Made by a program: the position numbers and the translations under genes. A DNA stretch of 64,000 nt. It comes from Vicugna vicugna (Eukaryota). The stretch's first letter is position 1. Each line of letters opens with the position of its first letter. The DNA is taken from positions 4,747,741 to 4,811,740 of the forward strand of contig MU058636.1 in the NCBI GenBank assembly GCA_013265495.1. The letters are read 5' to 3'. Shown one piece after another: positions 24,237 through 36,800 of this stretch. The notes under the pieces are model-generated. The model worked only from the letters and a program-made list of their open reading frames with translations, was not told where the DNA came from and made no database searches.

Positions 24237-24482
24237 ACTTAGGACCATTAAGCCTTAATTGGTTTGAAGAACTTTCTTCAGAAGCTCCACCCTATAATTC
24301 TGAACCTTCAGAAGAATCAGAATATAAAATCAGCAGTTACGAACCAAACCTATTTAAAACACCACAGAGGAAACCTTATCATCATTTGGCTTCAACTCCA
24401 ATAATATTCAAAGAACAAGGTCCAACTCTGCCACTGTACCAATCTCCTTTAAAAGAGCAAGGTAAATTCAGATTAGATTTAG
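24237..24482 (+). CDS. BRCA2: BRCA2 exon 3 (PALB2-binding LNWFEELS)
   Basis: ttacag| ... TAG|gtaagt. 246 nt. Confidence 0.97.
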
Positions 24483-24758
24483 GTAAGTAATGTGATGTGG
24501 TTGACTAGACGAAAACATGAACTAGTCATTCAGACAAAACTGTGTTAAAAACCCCAGCTCTGTTGTTAACTGTTTTAATTTGGTCAAGTCAACCTCTCTG
24601 GCCATACTTTCCCCACTTGAAAAGTGGAAATGATGAAAATAATACCTAGGTTTGGATTAAATCAAACTATGTAGGTACTTAATAAATGTTTTCCTTCTTC
24701 CTTTGATTAATATATCCTGTCTACTGAGATTTGCTAAATTATATCTTTCCTATACAAA

Positions 24759-24780
24759 ACACACACACACACACACACAC
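24759..24780. repeat. (AC)11 microsatellite
   Basis: Direct reading. Confidence 0.95.
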
Positions 24781-24939
24781 GACTTGTTTTGATGTTAAAC
24801 TAAACTGTATTTCTGCAGGCTATCACAGAGGACAGAGATTAGTTTTAACAGTTGCTGTAAATTTGTCTTTTGATTTGCTATCACTTTCCCTGGCCTATGT
24901 GCCAGATGCTTGCAGTTTACTACACACTAAGATTATATA

Positions 24940-26800
24940 TTCATTCAAATATTTATTACCTGCTTGATTTAAGTAACATACTCTCCCTTTCTTTGGAGTA
25001 TTACTCTCTAGTAAGGAGAAATTAGCAGTACACAGATAAAGGATAGTCTAAGGTTGAATGTGGTACATGCCAAAAGAAAAGGACAAAAACTGTACTGAGA
25101 ATTAAGAGTAAAGAAAGCATAAATAGTATTGAGGGAATTAGAGAATGATTCAGTTGAATTAAACCTCAAAGAAGAGATGAGATTCAGAAATTTGAAGATG
25201 GAGTAGAGTGAGTATTCTAGGCAGAGGGAAAAACATGAGGAATATGTAGTTTGTTAAGAGAACAGCAAGTAATTCAGACTGTTTGGTGTGTTACATGTCT
25301 GAAAGGGACCCATAAACAACCTAAGGCTGAAAAGAGAAGATGTAGAGGCAGGCATTGAATGCCAGGCTAAAGAAATTGAATTTATTGATAGGTGTTGAGC
25401 AGAGAAATCACATGCAAATTTAATCATGCTACTTCCTGCTTCAAACCTTTGATTACCTCCCTTTGCCCTCATGATAAAATCCAGATCCTTAATATGCTCT
25501 ACAAGGTCCTTTATAATCTGTTCTCTCATAACTCTTGCCTCATTTTGCCATATTCCTCTTCCCATCCACCCTCAATTTACTCTTCATTCATACGGAATTT
25601 CTTTTTGAAACCACCATGCTCTGTGGCTCTTACACACTGTTATGTTACCCCTGCCCAGAACTAACTTACTCCCTCCTACTCCCTCGTCTAGCTGAATGGC
25701 ACTCATCTTTCAGATCTTGACTTACCTCTCTGCTTCTGGGAAGTATTCCCTGTTGCACTCACTTAGCTTCTAGTGAAGGAGACTTACATAAGCATTTGTA
25801 GAGTGATAAGTGCTATGAAAGAGGAAACTTGTATTAGAAAATGCACATCCAAAGGAGATGTAGGTAATGGGCAAAGATTTTCTTGTATGTTATTGGATAC
25901 CTAATGTATACATAGTGTGTATTCAGTAAGTATTTGTAGAATAAATGAATATTTATTTTGCATAGAAATCCTAATAATCTGGCAGCAGTCTTTGGAGATA
26001 TGTTTTTCAAAATGTGATGCCTGGACCATTAGAATCTTCTGAAGTGCTGACTGAAAAGGAAGATTCCAGGCACTACTGAGCAACTGTTAAATTAGAATCT
26101 CTGGGCATGGAGGTCATGACTGTACATTTTAAACTAATTGGGTGATTCTTATAGATCGAGAAGCCTGGGGGCAGAGAGATGAATCAGGAGACATAGAGTG
26201 GTCCAGGTGATAGGGGGCAAGTGCCTGAATTAGAGTTAATGGTAGTGAAAGTAGATGTGGAAGATAGGAACTACAGGACCCTGTATTAGCCTAGATGTGG
26301 AGGAGTCAAAAGAAAGGATCAAATCACAGGTTTGGGGCATGACTAAGAATGCAGTGGTGACTTTCATAGAAATTGTAAGCACTGGGGGGAAAGGAGGTTT
26401 GGGAGGGAAAAGGTTTGAAAGGATTGAAAAAAGAAGTAAGTTGAGGTTTGGGCTGCAGTTTGAGACAGTAGTGGGATGTGAAGGTGGAGATGTCCTGAGG
26501 GCTTTTGAGAATACAAGACTAAAACTATAGAAAGAATACAGGTAGGAGAGAAAACTGTAGGAATCAACTGTCTGCTTGGAAGGTGAGAAAGTCATCATAT
26601 AGGGTGAGAAAATTGATTATGATGAGGCCTCAGATGAAGGCGTAGAGAATATTTAGCAGATGAAATGTGGAAGAGAACACAGAAAAGGGAATCACTGATT
26701 CAACAAATGACCCATGCTTACTTTGTGCCTGGCAGCTTGCTTGGCATTAAGGATACAAACATGAATAAGATGGCCTTTGAGCTCTAGGAACTCAGTCTTA
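24940..26800. mobile_element. Mosaic of L2 fragments in both orientations, with a MER5-type element at about 25995-26165
   Basis: L2 ends such as cagtaagtatttgtagaataaatgaat. MER5 motifs agattccaggc...ttagaatctctggg. Confidence 0.55.
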
Positions 26801-26871
26801 CATGGGAGAAAATATGTAAATATACTGGTTGGTATATGTTATAATAGCATGTACAAAGTACCTCATTGTGG

Positions 26872-26934
26872 ACACAACATTGTAAAATGACTATAACTCA
26901 ATAAAAAAATGTTTATATAAAAAAAACAACAACA
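26872..26934 (+). mobile_element. About 60-nt L1 3' terminal insertion with TSD
   Basis: acacaacattgtaaaatgactataactcaataaaaaa plus tail. TSD acaaagtac(ct/ta)cattgtgg at 26853-26871 and 26935-26953. Confidence 0.8.
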
Positions 26935-27928
26935 ACAAAGTACTACATTGTGGGCACCGTAAAGGGAACAGCCATCTACCTTAGCGGTCAGGAAGAGCTC
27001 CATAAACCAGCTTATACTGAATCTACAGAATCTTGAAAGACATACCTAGAGTCAGTGGTTCATTCTCTAATATTAACCTGCTGGGAATTGTCGATGTATA
27101 ACCAGGAAAGGACAGGAACGAATTAATAAGGCACTCTGGACTCACTGCTGAGGAGTTAACTTTTTTAAGATTATAGTGCATAAATAATTCTGTTCACTGT
27201 AGTCTCCTGAGACCTTTTGCTTCTAAGTTTACTTTAAATTCAGTATTGAAATGGAAGAATAAGACTGGAGCTGTTTTCTAACCTTCTTAGTTCAATTCTA
27301 ACATCTAATACGTTAATTTTTTTAAGTTATCCTTAAAATCACATGAGGAAATGTGCTATTTCTTCTTCTTAGCAGTCCTTCCTTTTGCATAAAATCATAT
27401 GAGTTTATCTTCAGCATCATTCAGCTTTATGAGATTCTTAAATTATTCGGGAAATACTTATTTGGGGATGAACTTGGTTTTGCCTGGTTCATTTTTTTAC
27501 TTTTTATTTTTTACAATTTCTATTCTTTTGCATTCTTTTTATTGATGAGCCAATATTAATGCTTTATTATTAACTAAAGTCCTGTGTTTACATTAGGGTT
27601 CACTCTTTGTACAGTTTATGGATTTTGGCAAATGTGTAATGTCGTGTGTCTACCAACTGCAGTATCATACAGAATAGATTCACTGCATCACTCAAGATAC
27701 CTTACTCATATTATATGCTGCATATGGCTGTTTGAATTGGGACAGACATCCTTTGAGACATCCCTTTTTTGAAAGGAGTCAGCAAACTGAAAAACCAATT
27801 CAGACTGAATTCCCCATGCATCCTCCTTCCCAGTATAGATGAGACTTTTTGTTTTTAAATACTTCCAGAGAATGAAAATTTACAATCCAGAACATATATA
27901 TCCTCACTGAATTATTGTACTGTTTCAG

Positions 27929-28037
27929 GAAAGGATGTTACCAATAGTAAACATAAAAGTTTTTGCACAATGAAGGCCAAAGTGGATCAAGCAAATGATG
28001 TTACCAGCCCACCTCCAAATTCTTGTCTTAGTGAAAG
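27929..28037 (+). CDS. BRCA2: BRCA2 exon 4
   Basis: tttcag| ... AAG|gtatga. 109 nt. Confidence 0.95.
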
Positions 28038-28655
28038 GTATGATAAAGTTATTACATTAAAATACTTATATGAAACATTTTCCTAAATGTGATATTTGTT
28101 TTATTGGAATGAGTCTAATTTCCATGGTAACATCTTGCCTCAGAGCCTGGTAGAGGATAATTTCCTTTTAGGATGCATTTTTTAATACAATAATTTTTAC
28201 ATTAGAAACGTTTACTTTGTTTTTCTTATATTGTTGAATTCACTGGTTTTTCTGTATATCTATGGAATTTTTAAGTAACAAAAATTTTAATGATCAAAAG
28301 CAGTGCCTTTGAAATATCCATTTTAAACTAAATTATTTGTGTATTCTTTGGAAAGAATATGATACTATTATAGATTCATTTTACATAATTTTTAAATTTG
28401 AAATATACAATTCCCAGCAGCTAAAATTTATGAGTACTTTATATATTACTTTCAATGAGGATTTTAAACATAATTTAGTGGTTACTCAATTCTTCATACT
28501 TTTTAAAATAATCTAAAAATATTACAAAACTAATATAATTCTAGTAATTGATATGATTGAGAGTACTTTTTATAAATAATATTAGTATTTTGTTTCTTTT
28601 TGCTATTTTTGTTCTCTTTTGAATAATCTGAGGGATGTGTTTTATTTTGTTTCAG

Positions 28656-28702
28656 TCCTGTTCTACAATATACACATGAAACACCGCAAAGAGAAAAGTC
28701 GG
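28656..28702 (+). CDS. BRCA2: BRCA2 exon 5
   Basis: tttcag|TCCTGTT ... CGG|gtatgg. 47 nt. Confidence 0.93.
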
Positions 28703-28794
28703 GTATGGTTAAAAACAAGGCTTTTTATTTTTCAAATACTCTAAATTTTAATAAAAACAAAACTTAGTAATTTTTCCCCTTGTTTTATCCCCAG

Positions 28795-28835
28795 TGATAT
28801 GTGGAACTTTATTTCATACACCAAAGCTCACGAAG
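28795..28835 (+). CDS. BRCA2: BRCA2 exon 6 (CGTLFHTPKL)
   Basis: ccccag| ... AAG|gtaaat. 41 nt. Confidence 0.95.
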
Positions 28836-29041
28836 GTAAATATTTTGCCTAGTTTATTTTCATTGCGTAGTCATTAATTTGACAATAGTGTCCTAACTTT
28901 GCCCTGAGATTTACAGATATGTATCTGCTGACTCACCTAGGCATTCAGTAACTGATAAATGAAAAAATAAGTGAATAGAAACATATTCTTAATCATCAGT
29001 GCACTTGAAATAGGAAATAAGTAATATAAAATATAAAATAA

Positions 29042-29242
<201 letters not shown>

Positions 29243-29927
29243 TAAAAAAAAAAGGAAGAGATAATTAGAGTGTAATCAAATTAGATAATACTGTCTTTGA
29301 TAGGTGTGTTAGTAATTCAGAATAATTTCATTCTATGTAGTGTAGACTGAGGTAAGTCTCAAGTGCATTAAATGGTATTTTAGAGGAGTCAAATTTATAT
29401 ACAAACCAGGATGTTTTTTTTACTCTAGCAAAAATACATTCCATTTTGATTCCTCTTTAGCTGGATGGTTAACTTTCTTCTTTTCTTGTCAGATGAAATA
29501 ATATAGGTAAAACATGTTGCAAAGTAAGAAATGTTTAACATATGACATGTCTTTCAACTGTATTATTATATATATACAATACTAAGTCTGCAAGCTTTTG
29601 CTTTTAAGTCATGACCTGACAGGTTCATCTGATTTTCTAAGCCCTTATGGACAGAAATACCTGTACGTATTACCTTGTGGACAGTATTACCTTCAAGTCA
29701 GGATCACCAAACCATAGTTCCTTACCACCTTATGAGTGGTACTAAGGAAGTGTGAGTATAGCTTACCCACTGTGTTGATTGACCTCTCTATTTACTGTAC
29801 TTGGATCAATTCATTTTGGTTCAAATGTGTACATTAATAAAATACACAAAAAATACGTAAGTTTTGCATTAACCTCAGTGTATGAATGTATAATACAGAA
29901 TAGGTAAATTGAACTTTTTTTTTGCAG

Positions 29928-29977
29928 TCCGAGATGAGGAAGCATCTGCAGCTACATTTCCTAGTGATACTACTGCT
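29928..29977 (+). CDS. BRCA2: BRCA2 exon 8
   Basis: ttgcag| ... GCT|gtaagt. 50 nt. Confidence 0.93.
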
Positions 29978-30204
29978 GTAAGTAAACATGACAAATGATT
30001 ATGCTATGGCAGTTGCATATGATTTTAGAATGCCTTGAAAACTTATCTTGCATTTTTCATTGTCTATGATTTATCTAAGCCTTTGGGGATGTCTCTAAAC
30101 GTGATTTCTTTGACCTAAGAAACTCTGCTGTCTGTTTAAGGTAAATATACTGTATGCATTGTTAGAGTTTTTATACTTGTGATTTTAAAATATAACTTTT
30201 GCAG

Positions 30205-30310
30205 ATTTTGAAAGGCTGTTTTTCTAACCATGATCAAAGTCTGAAGAAAAATGATAGGTTTATCCCTTCTGGGCCAGACAATGAAAATCAAAGAAAAGCT
30301 AAAAGTCATG
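30205..30310 (+). CDS. BRCA2: BRCA2 exon 9
   Basis: ttgcag| ... ATG|gtaagt. 106 nt. Confidence 0.93.
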
Positions 30311-30820
30311 GTAAGTCCTTTGTTTAATTGACCTGCTATTTTTAACTGACATCATTAAAGTATTGCTCCTCTTTTCTTAAAGAGAAGACACATTGCTTCT
30401 CCCTTCTTGATTATTGAAGGTATTGAGAATAAAAACTAAGTTTATTTAGATGAAAATGTTTAAACATCATGCTAGGATAATACTACTCAAGATGCTCTTG
30501 TGACACAAAAACAAAACAAAACCCATTACTGCAAACGCAGAGATAGATAATAAGACTTATAACTGACAAAACGTTAAGACCTCATTTTCTAATTAGAAAG
30601 TAAGTGGTTGCAGATATACCAAAAGGTAACTAATCAGGTCATTGGAATATTACACATTCTTAGTATGTATCTATATCTGTATAAATGTGTAGGATTGGAT
30701 GTCTGTGTATGTATATGTATAAAGTCAGATTTTACTCTGTGATAGGGCCACAAACTTAATTTGGAACATGTAGTTTGATAAATCTTAGAATATTAAATTG
30801 TGTATGTATATATGTGTATA

Positions 30821-30843
30821 TAGATAGATAGATAGATAGATAG
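30821..30843. repeat. (TAGA)5+ tetranucleotide microsatellite
   Basis: Direct reading. Confidence 0.9.
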
Positions 30844-31132
30844 TAAAACTGAGTGAGGTCTGATTGAATGAGCTGATAAAGAAAGGTTATTAGGGATTGA
30901 GTGTGGATCAAAGGTTTGGGTACACTGGAATCAATTTTGACCAGAAGAGTGGGACAAGGTTGTTACCCCCTTACCCAAAAAATAGCTAGCACTCAGGATA
31001 ACTTTTAAATGCTAGATTATGTGTTACTTAGAATATATACTATTTCTATGAAAAAAATTATGAGAATAATATGAATTATATGGTTGTGTTATAAAATGTT
31101 ATTAACAGTGCTTCTATTTTAAATTTTAATAG

Positions 31133-32251
31133 AATTGGAGAACATTTTAGAGGAGTCATTTGGTAACGGAAATAGCTGCAAAGATCATTTTGAAAAGTCA
31201 ATGCCAAATGTCCTAGAAGATGAAGTACATGAAACAGTTGCAGATATTTCTGAGGAAGATAGTTTTCCAGTATGTGTTTCTAAATATAAAAGAAGAAATA
31301 TACAAAAAGTAAAAACTGGCAAGACTAGGAAAAATATTTTCAATAAAACAAAAACCAATGAATATGAAGAAGCTGAAAAACAAATGACAGAAAATAAACA
31401 TTCATTTGTATCTGAAATGGGACCAAATGACAGTGATCCATTAGATTCAAATGTAACAAATCAGAAGCTCTTTGGGAATGGAGCTGACAAAATCTCCCAG
31501 GAAGTTATACCATCTTCAGCATCTGAATGGTCTCAGCTAACTCTCTCTGGTCTAAATGGAACCCAAATGGAGAAAACGTCCCTACTGCATATTTCTTCTT
31601 GTGACCAAAATAATTCAGAAGAAGACTGCATAGGCACAGAGAAAGAATTTATCAACTTCATTACTTCAGAAAATTATTTGCCACATATTTCAAGCTTATC
31701 AAAAACAGTGAAGATATTAAATGAGGAAATAGTGGTAAATAAGACAGATGAAGGGCAGTGTCTTGAATCTCATGAAGATTCCACTGTTGTGGAAAAGCAA
31801 GCAATATCTGGCTCTTCTTTAATAGCTTCTCCACTTCAGGGTATTAAAAAGTCTATATTCAGGATAAGAGAATCACCGGAAGAGACGTTCAGAGCAGATT
31901 TCTCAAGTAATACGACTGATCCGAACTTTAAAGAAGAACCTGAGGCCTCTAAAAGTGGGTTGGAAATACAAACTATTTGCTCACATAAAGAGGATTCTTT
32001 ATGTACAAGTTCAGTTGATAATGGAAGCTGGCCAGCCACTACCAAGAATACTTCTGTAGCTTTAAAAAATGCAGGTTTAATATCCACTTTGAAAAAGAAA
32101 ACAAAAAGGTTTATTTATGCTATAAATGATAAAACATCTTATCAAGGACTGAAAATGCAAAGAGACCAGGAATCAGAACTAACTCACTCTTCAGCCCAAT
32201 TAGAAGCAGACCATTTTGAAACACCACTTACATTTACAAACATTGATTCAG
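31133..32251 (+). CDS. BRCA2: BRCA2 exon 10
   Basis: ORF 31135..32298. taatag| ... CAG|gtaact. 1119 nt. Confidence 0.95.
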
Positions 32252-32449
32252 GTAACTCTTTGTGTGTTTTGTGTGTGTGTTTTGAATACTGCATATAGTT
32301 TTATGGATGGCGATAAGCTCTCTCATCTGGATATGTGAGTCTCTTTAACCTTTTTAAAAAAACGTACTGCCTACTTTTATTCTGTAGTTTTTTTGGTTTG
32401 TCTTCTGTAGTGTTTTAGGGGTTTTTTAATCTATAATTTATATTCCTCT

Positions 32450-32582
32450 TTTTTTTAAATTGCAGTATAGTTGATTTACAATGTGTTAATTTCTGGTGTA
32501 CAGTGTCGTGATTCAGTTGTACATATATATTCTTTCTCATCTTTTTTGTTATAGGCTATTACAAGGTACTAAATATAGTTCA
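32450..32582 (-). mobile_element. L1 3' end fragment, antisense
   Basis: ttttttaaattgcagtatagttgatttacaatgtg...tttctggtgtacag is the reverse complement of the L1 terminus. Confidence 0.75.
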
Positions 32583-33823
32583 TATATTTTATATTCAATA
32601 TCAGACAATATCTACACCATTGTTGTTTAGGCCTTTGATTACCAATGTTCAGAATCATTTCATTCAAACTTGTTGGATCAATTTGCATAGTATGTATATC
32701 ATCATAACTTTTGAGACAGAACATGTGATTCATAAACATCACGAGCTTGGCTACTTAATTCCTGCTTTAATTTTCAGTATTTATTATGTGTAAATTAACA
32801 ATTCTGTAAAGATGTTGTGCTATTTAATATGTACTTTGTCTAAAGCATGTAAAAAAAGCTAATTGCTAGCTATGTTTAATGTAAGGCAGTCATAAAAATA
32901 AAGTAGTGATTTTTTTGTTGTTACATAGTTTTCTTAAATATTTAGAGATTGCTTAGAGTTCCTGCTGTATCTCTGGTTGTTCAGAGTGTGCACAGTGAAA
33001 GTCATTTTTCATTTGGGTAGCAGTTTTTATCAGTAGGTATACTGTATGTTAAAAAGGTGATTTTATCTCCCTCTGAGAAGATTTGAGTGGGTGGTAGTAT
33101 CTCAGTGAATAATAGGTTTGGTGTAATGAATACAGAACTGTTTGAGATTACTGTCAATTTCAGAGAAAAATGCTTGATGTTGTATATATCAGAGATAAAA
33201 CCAGTGAATCAGCTAATATGTTGTAGTGGTCACTGATTAAATAAAATGAGATTAATAATTCTGACTTGTTAATAGGAAATTCAGAGGGTCAATAAAATTA
33301 AACAGAGCAGTTTACCTCACTTCCCTGCTATAACTGAGATTAGGTACTCACAGACACTTCATGTGTAGAACCTGTTTTTAAAAGTTCATTTTTTGGTGGT
33401 TTTTGATATGAAAGACTGAATTAACCAAAGGAAATGGTTACTTTGTAATTCCTTTTCTTTGCCTTGCTTTTTCTAAGTCCTATTATGTCTAAATTAGCAA
33501 AGAATTTTTTCCAATTTTATTTTCCAATAAAGCTACTTTGAATTTTACTTATGGCAGCTGGCTGCTTTCTTGAACTACATACTAATTTTAACTGAGTTGA
33601 TAATTTTACCAGAAAAATCCTAGATCCTGTACATCTTTAGTTGAGAAATGTAGTAACTTCAAAACAGAGGATACTTAGAATTCTTTCTTTTAAACCTGAC
33701 ATGCACTTCTTTTCATGTAATTCTTGTTTTAGACACTACCTTTTTAACTCAGTGGAAAATATTTAGTGAATGTGATTGATGGTACTTCAGTTTCATTTTG
33801 TCATTTTTTGTCTTTGTGTTTAG

Positions 33824-36800
33824 GTTTACTGCACTCTTCCATCCAAAAACACTGTTTACAGAATGATTCTGAAGATCCACCTTTGTCTTTAACCAGCTCT
33901 TTTGGGACAATTCTGAGAAAATGTTCTAATAATAAAATAGTATCTCAGGATCTTGATTATAAAGAAGCAAAACTCAGTAAGGAAAAACTGGAGTCATTTA
34001 TAACCACAGAAACTGATTATATGTCATGCTTGCAGGGAGAACATTGTGACGATGATCCAAAAAGCCAGAGAGTTTCAGATATGAAGAAAAAAGTCTTGCC
34101 TGCAGTATGTCACCCTGCAGTGCCACATTCAGAAGACTGTAGTGATACTCACTTTCAATCTCAGGAAACCTTTTTACATGACAATGATAACACCACTGTT
34201 TTAACTACTGTCTTCAACGACCTTCTGTCAAACCCAGTTGTGATTTCTAGAGGAAAAGAATCATATAAAATGTCAGAGAAAATAAAACCTAAGAATTCTG
34301 AAGCTGGTTCTGAATTAACCAAAAATATTTCTTTGGAAAATAGTCAAGAAGCATGTATTTTAAAGGAAGATTCCAGAAAACCTGAGCTGTTTTCACCTGA
34401 ACAGTATGTAACAGCAGCATCACCTCTTACAAAGATACAATTCAACGAAAATACAAATCTGACAGTATTCCAGAAAAAACAAGAAACTACTTTAATTTCA
34501 AAAATAACTGTCAATTCAAACTCTGAAGAACTTTTCCCAGACAATGAGAATAATTTTGTCTTTCAAATAACTAGTGAAAAGAGTATTCCTATTTTAGAAA
34601 ACACTAAGGAACTGCATGAGGCAGACATCATTTGCTTAAGAGAACCTGTTCTCAAGAACTCTGCCACGGCAGCACGTACGGACCTGGGAGACAAACAAGC
34701 AGCCAAAGTGTCAATTACAAACAATTTTGTTTCATCAAATACAGTCCACGATCTTACAGAGAAAAGTAGAAATAGTGTAAAGCAGCAACCAAAAATGACT
34801 CTCAGTCAAGATTCAAAGTCAGATGTCTCCTTGGATATAAATATGAAATCAAACAGAAATAACGATTGCATGGACAAATGGGCAAGACTCTCAGATTCGA
34901 TTTCAAGTCACAGTTTTGGAAATGGCTTTAGAACAGCTTCTAATAAAGAGATAAAACTCTCTGAACACAACATTAAGAAAAGTAAAATGTTCTTCAAAGA
35001 TATTGAAGAACATTTTCCTACTAGCTTAGCTTGTATTGAGACTGTAAATACATTATCATTAAAAAGTCAAAAGAAACCAAGCAGACCTCATGCAGTTGAT
35101 TCACAGTCAATGAACACTATATCTGGGTGTGTGCAGAATAGTGCGTTTATTTGTGACAGTGAAAATAGTCACACAGCTCCAATTTTATCATTAAAGGAAG
35201 ATTTTAATTCAAACCATAATTTAACACCTAGCCAAAAGGCAGAAATTACAGAACTTTCTACTATATTGGAAGAATCAGGAAGTCAATTTGAATTTACACA
35301 GTTTAGAAAACCAAGCGACATTATACAGAATAATCCATTTGAAATGCCTGAAAATCAGATGAGTGTCTTAAAGACCACTTCTGAGGAGTGGAAAGATGTT
35401 GATCTTCCTCTCACAGTTAATGTCCCATCTAGCAGTCAGGTAGATAGCAGCAAGGAATTCGAAGATAGAGTTGGAGATAAGCAAAAATTTGCCTGCTTGT
35501 CAACAACCAACTGTAACAAGAGCACGTCTGGTAATTCAACAGATAAAAATGAAGTGGAGTTTAGGGGCTTTTATTCTGCTCGTGGCACAAAACTGAGTAT
35601 TTCTAGTGAAGCACTACAGAAAGCTATGAAACTGTTCAGTGACATTGAAAATGTTGGAGAAACTCCTGCAGAAGTAGATCCAAGAATTTTCTCTTTAAGT
35701 AAATGTAACAATTCTGATGTTTCAGAGTTTAAGGAAGAAGATTATAGCAATGATAAAAATTTAAGTGAGAAGAATAATAAATGCCAACTAGTAGTACAAA
35801 ATAACATTGAAATGACAGCTGGCATTTTTGTTGAAGAAAATACTGAAGATTACAAGAGAAATACTGAAAATGAAGATAACGAATGTATTGGTTTTGTTTG
35901 TAACTTAAGAGAATCTGATGGAGGTTCATCAAGTAAAAATGATACAGTTTCTATTCACAAAGATGAAGATGTCTTACCATGTACTGATCAACACAACATG
36001 TATCTAAAATCATCTAGGCAGTATATGATGGAGGGCAACTCTCAAAATAAAGAAGATCTGTCAGATTTAACTTGTTTGGAAGTTGTGAAAGCTGAAGAAA
36101 CATTTCATGTTAATATGTCAAATAAAAGTCAGTCAACTGCTAATAAGATGAGGCAGAATATAAAAAATTTTGACACTTTTGGTTTGTCCTTTCAGACTGC
36201 AAGTGGGAAGAACATCAGCATCTCTAAAGAGTCATTAAATAAAGTTGTAAATTTCTTTGATGAAAAATGTACCGAGGAAGAGATGAATAACTTTTCAGAT
36301 TCCTCAAATTCTGAATTACTTTCTGGCATAAATACCAACAAAACAGACATTTCAAGTCATGAGGAACTAGATAAGGTTAAAGACAAAATACTTAAAGAAA
36401 GTGACTCAATTGGTATTGAAAATCAATTACTAACTCTCCAGCAAGGACAGGAATATGAAATCAAAAAGATCAAAGAACCTACCATGTTGGGTTTTCATAC
36501 AGCTAGTGGAAAAAAAGTAAAAATTGTAAAGGAGTCTTTGGACAAAGTGAAAAATCTTTTTGATGAAAAAAAGCAAGATAATAGTGAAGTCACTAACTTT
36601 AGCCATCAAGGGGCAAAGACTCTAATGGACCGAGAGGTATGTAAAGAAGGTTTTGAGTTAGCATGTGAGACTGTTGACATAACTGCCCAAAAGCATGAAG
36701 AAATGCAGGATTCTTTAGAGGAGAAAAACCTTGTTTCTGCAGAGAGTGCCGTGCCACCCTGGCTCTTAAGTGGTCATTTATACAGACAAACTGAAAATCT

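Noticed and set aside
29643..29692. Imperfect 20-bp direct repeat (ccttRtggacag.a.tacct) in intron 7
   Set aside because: Only two copies, mid-intron; a local slippage duplication with no array or CRISPR-like structure.
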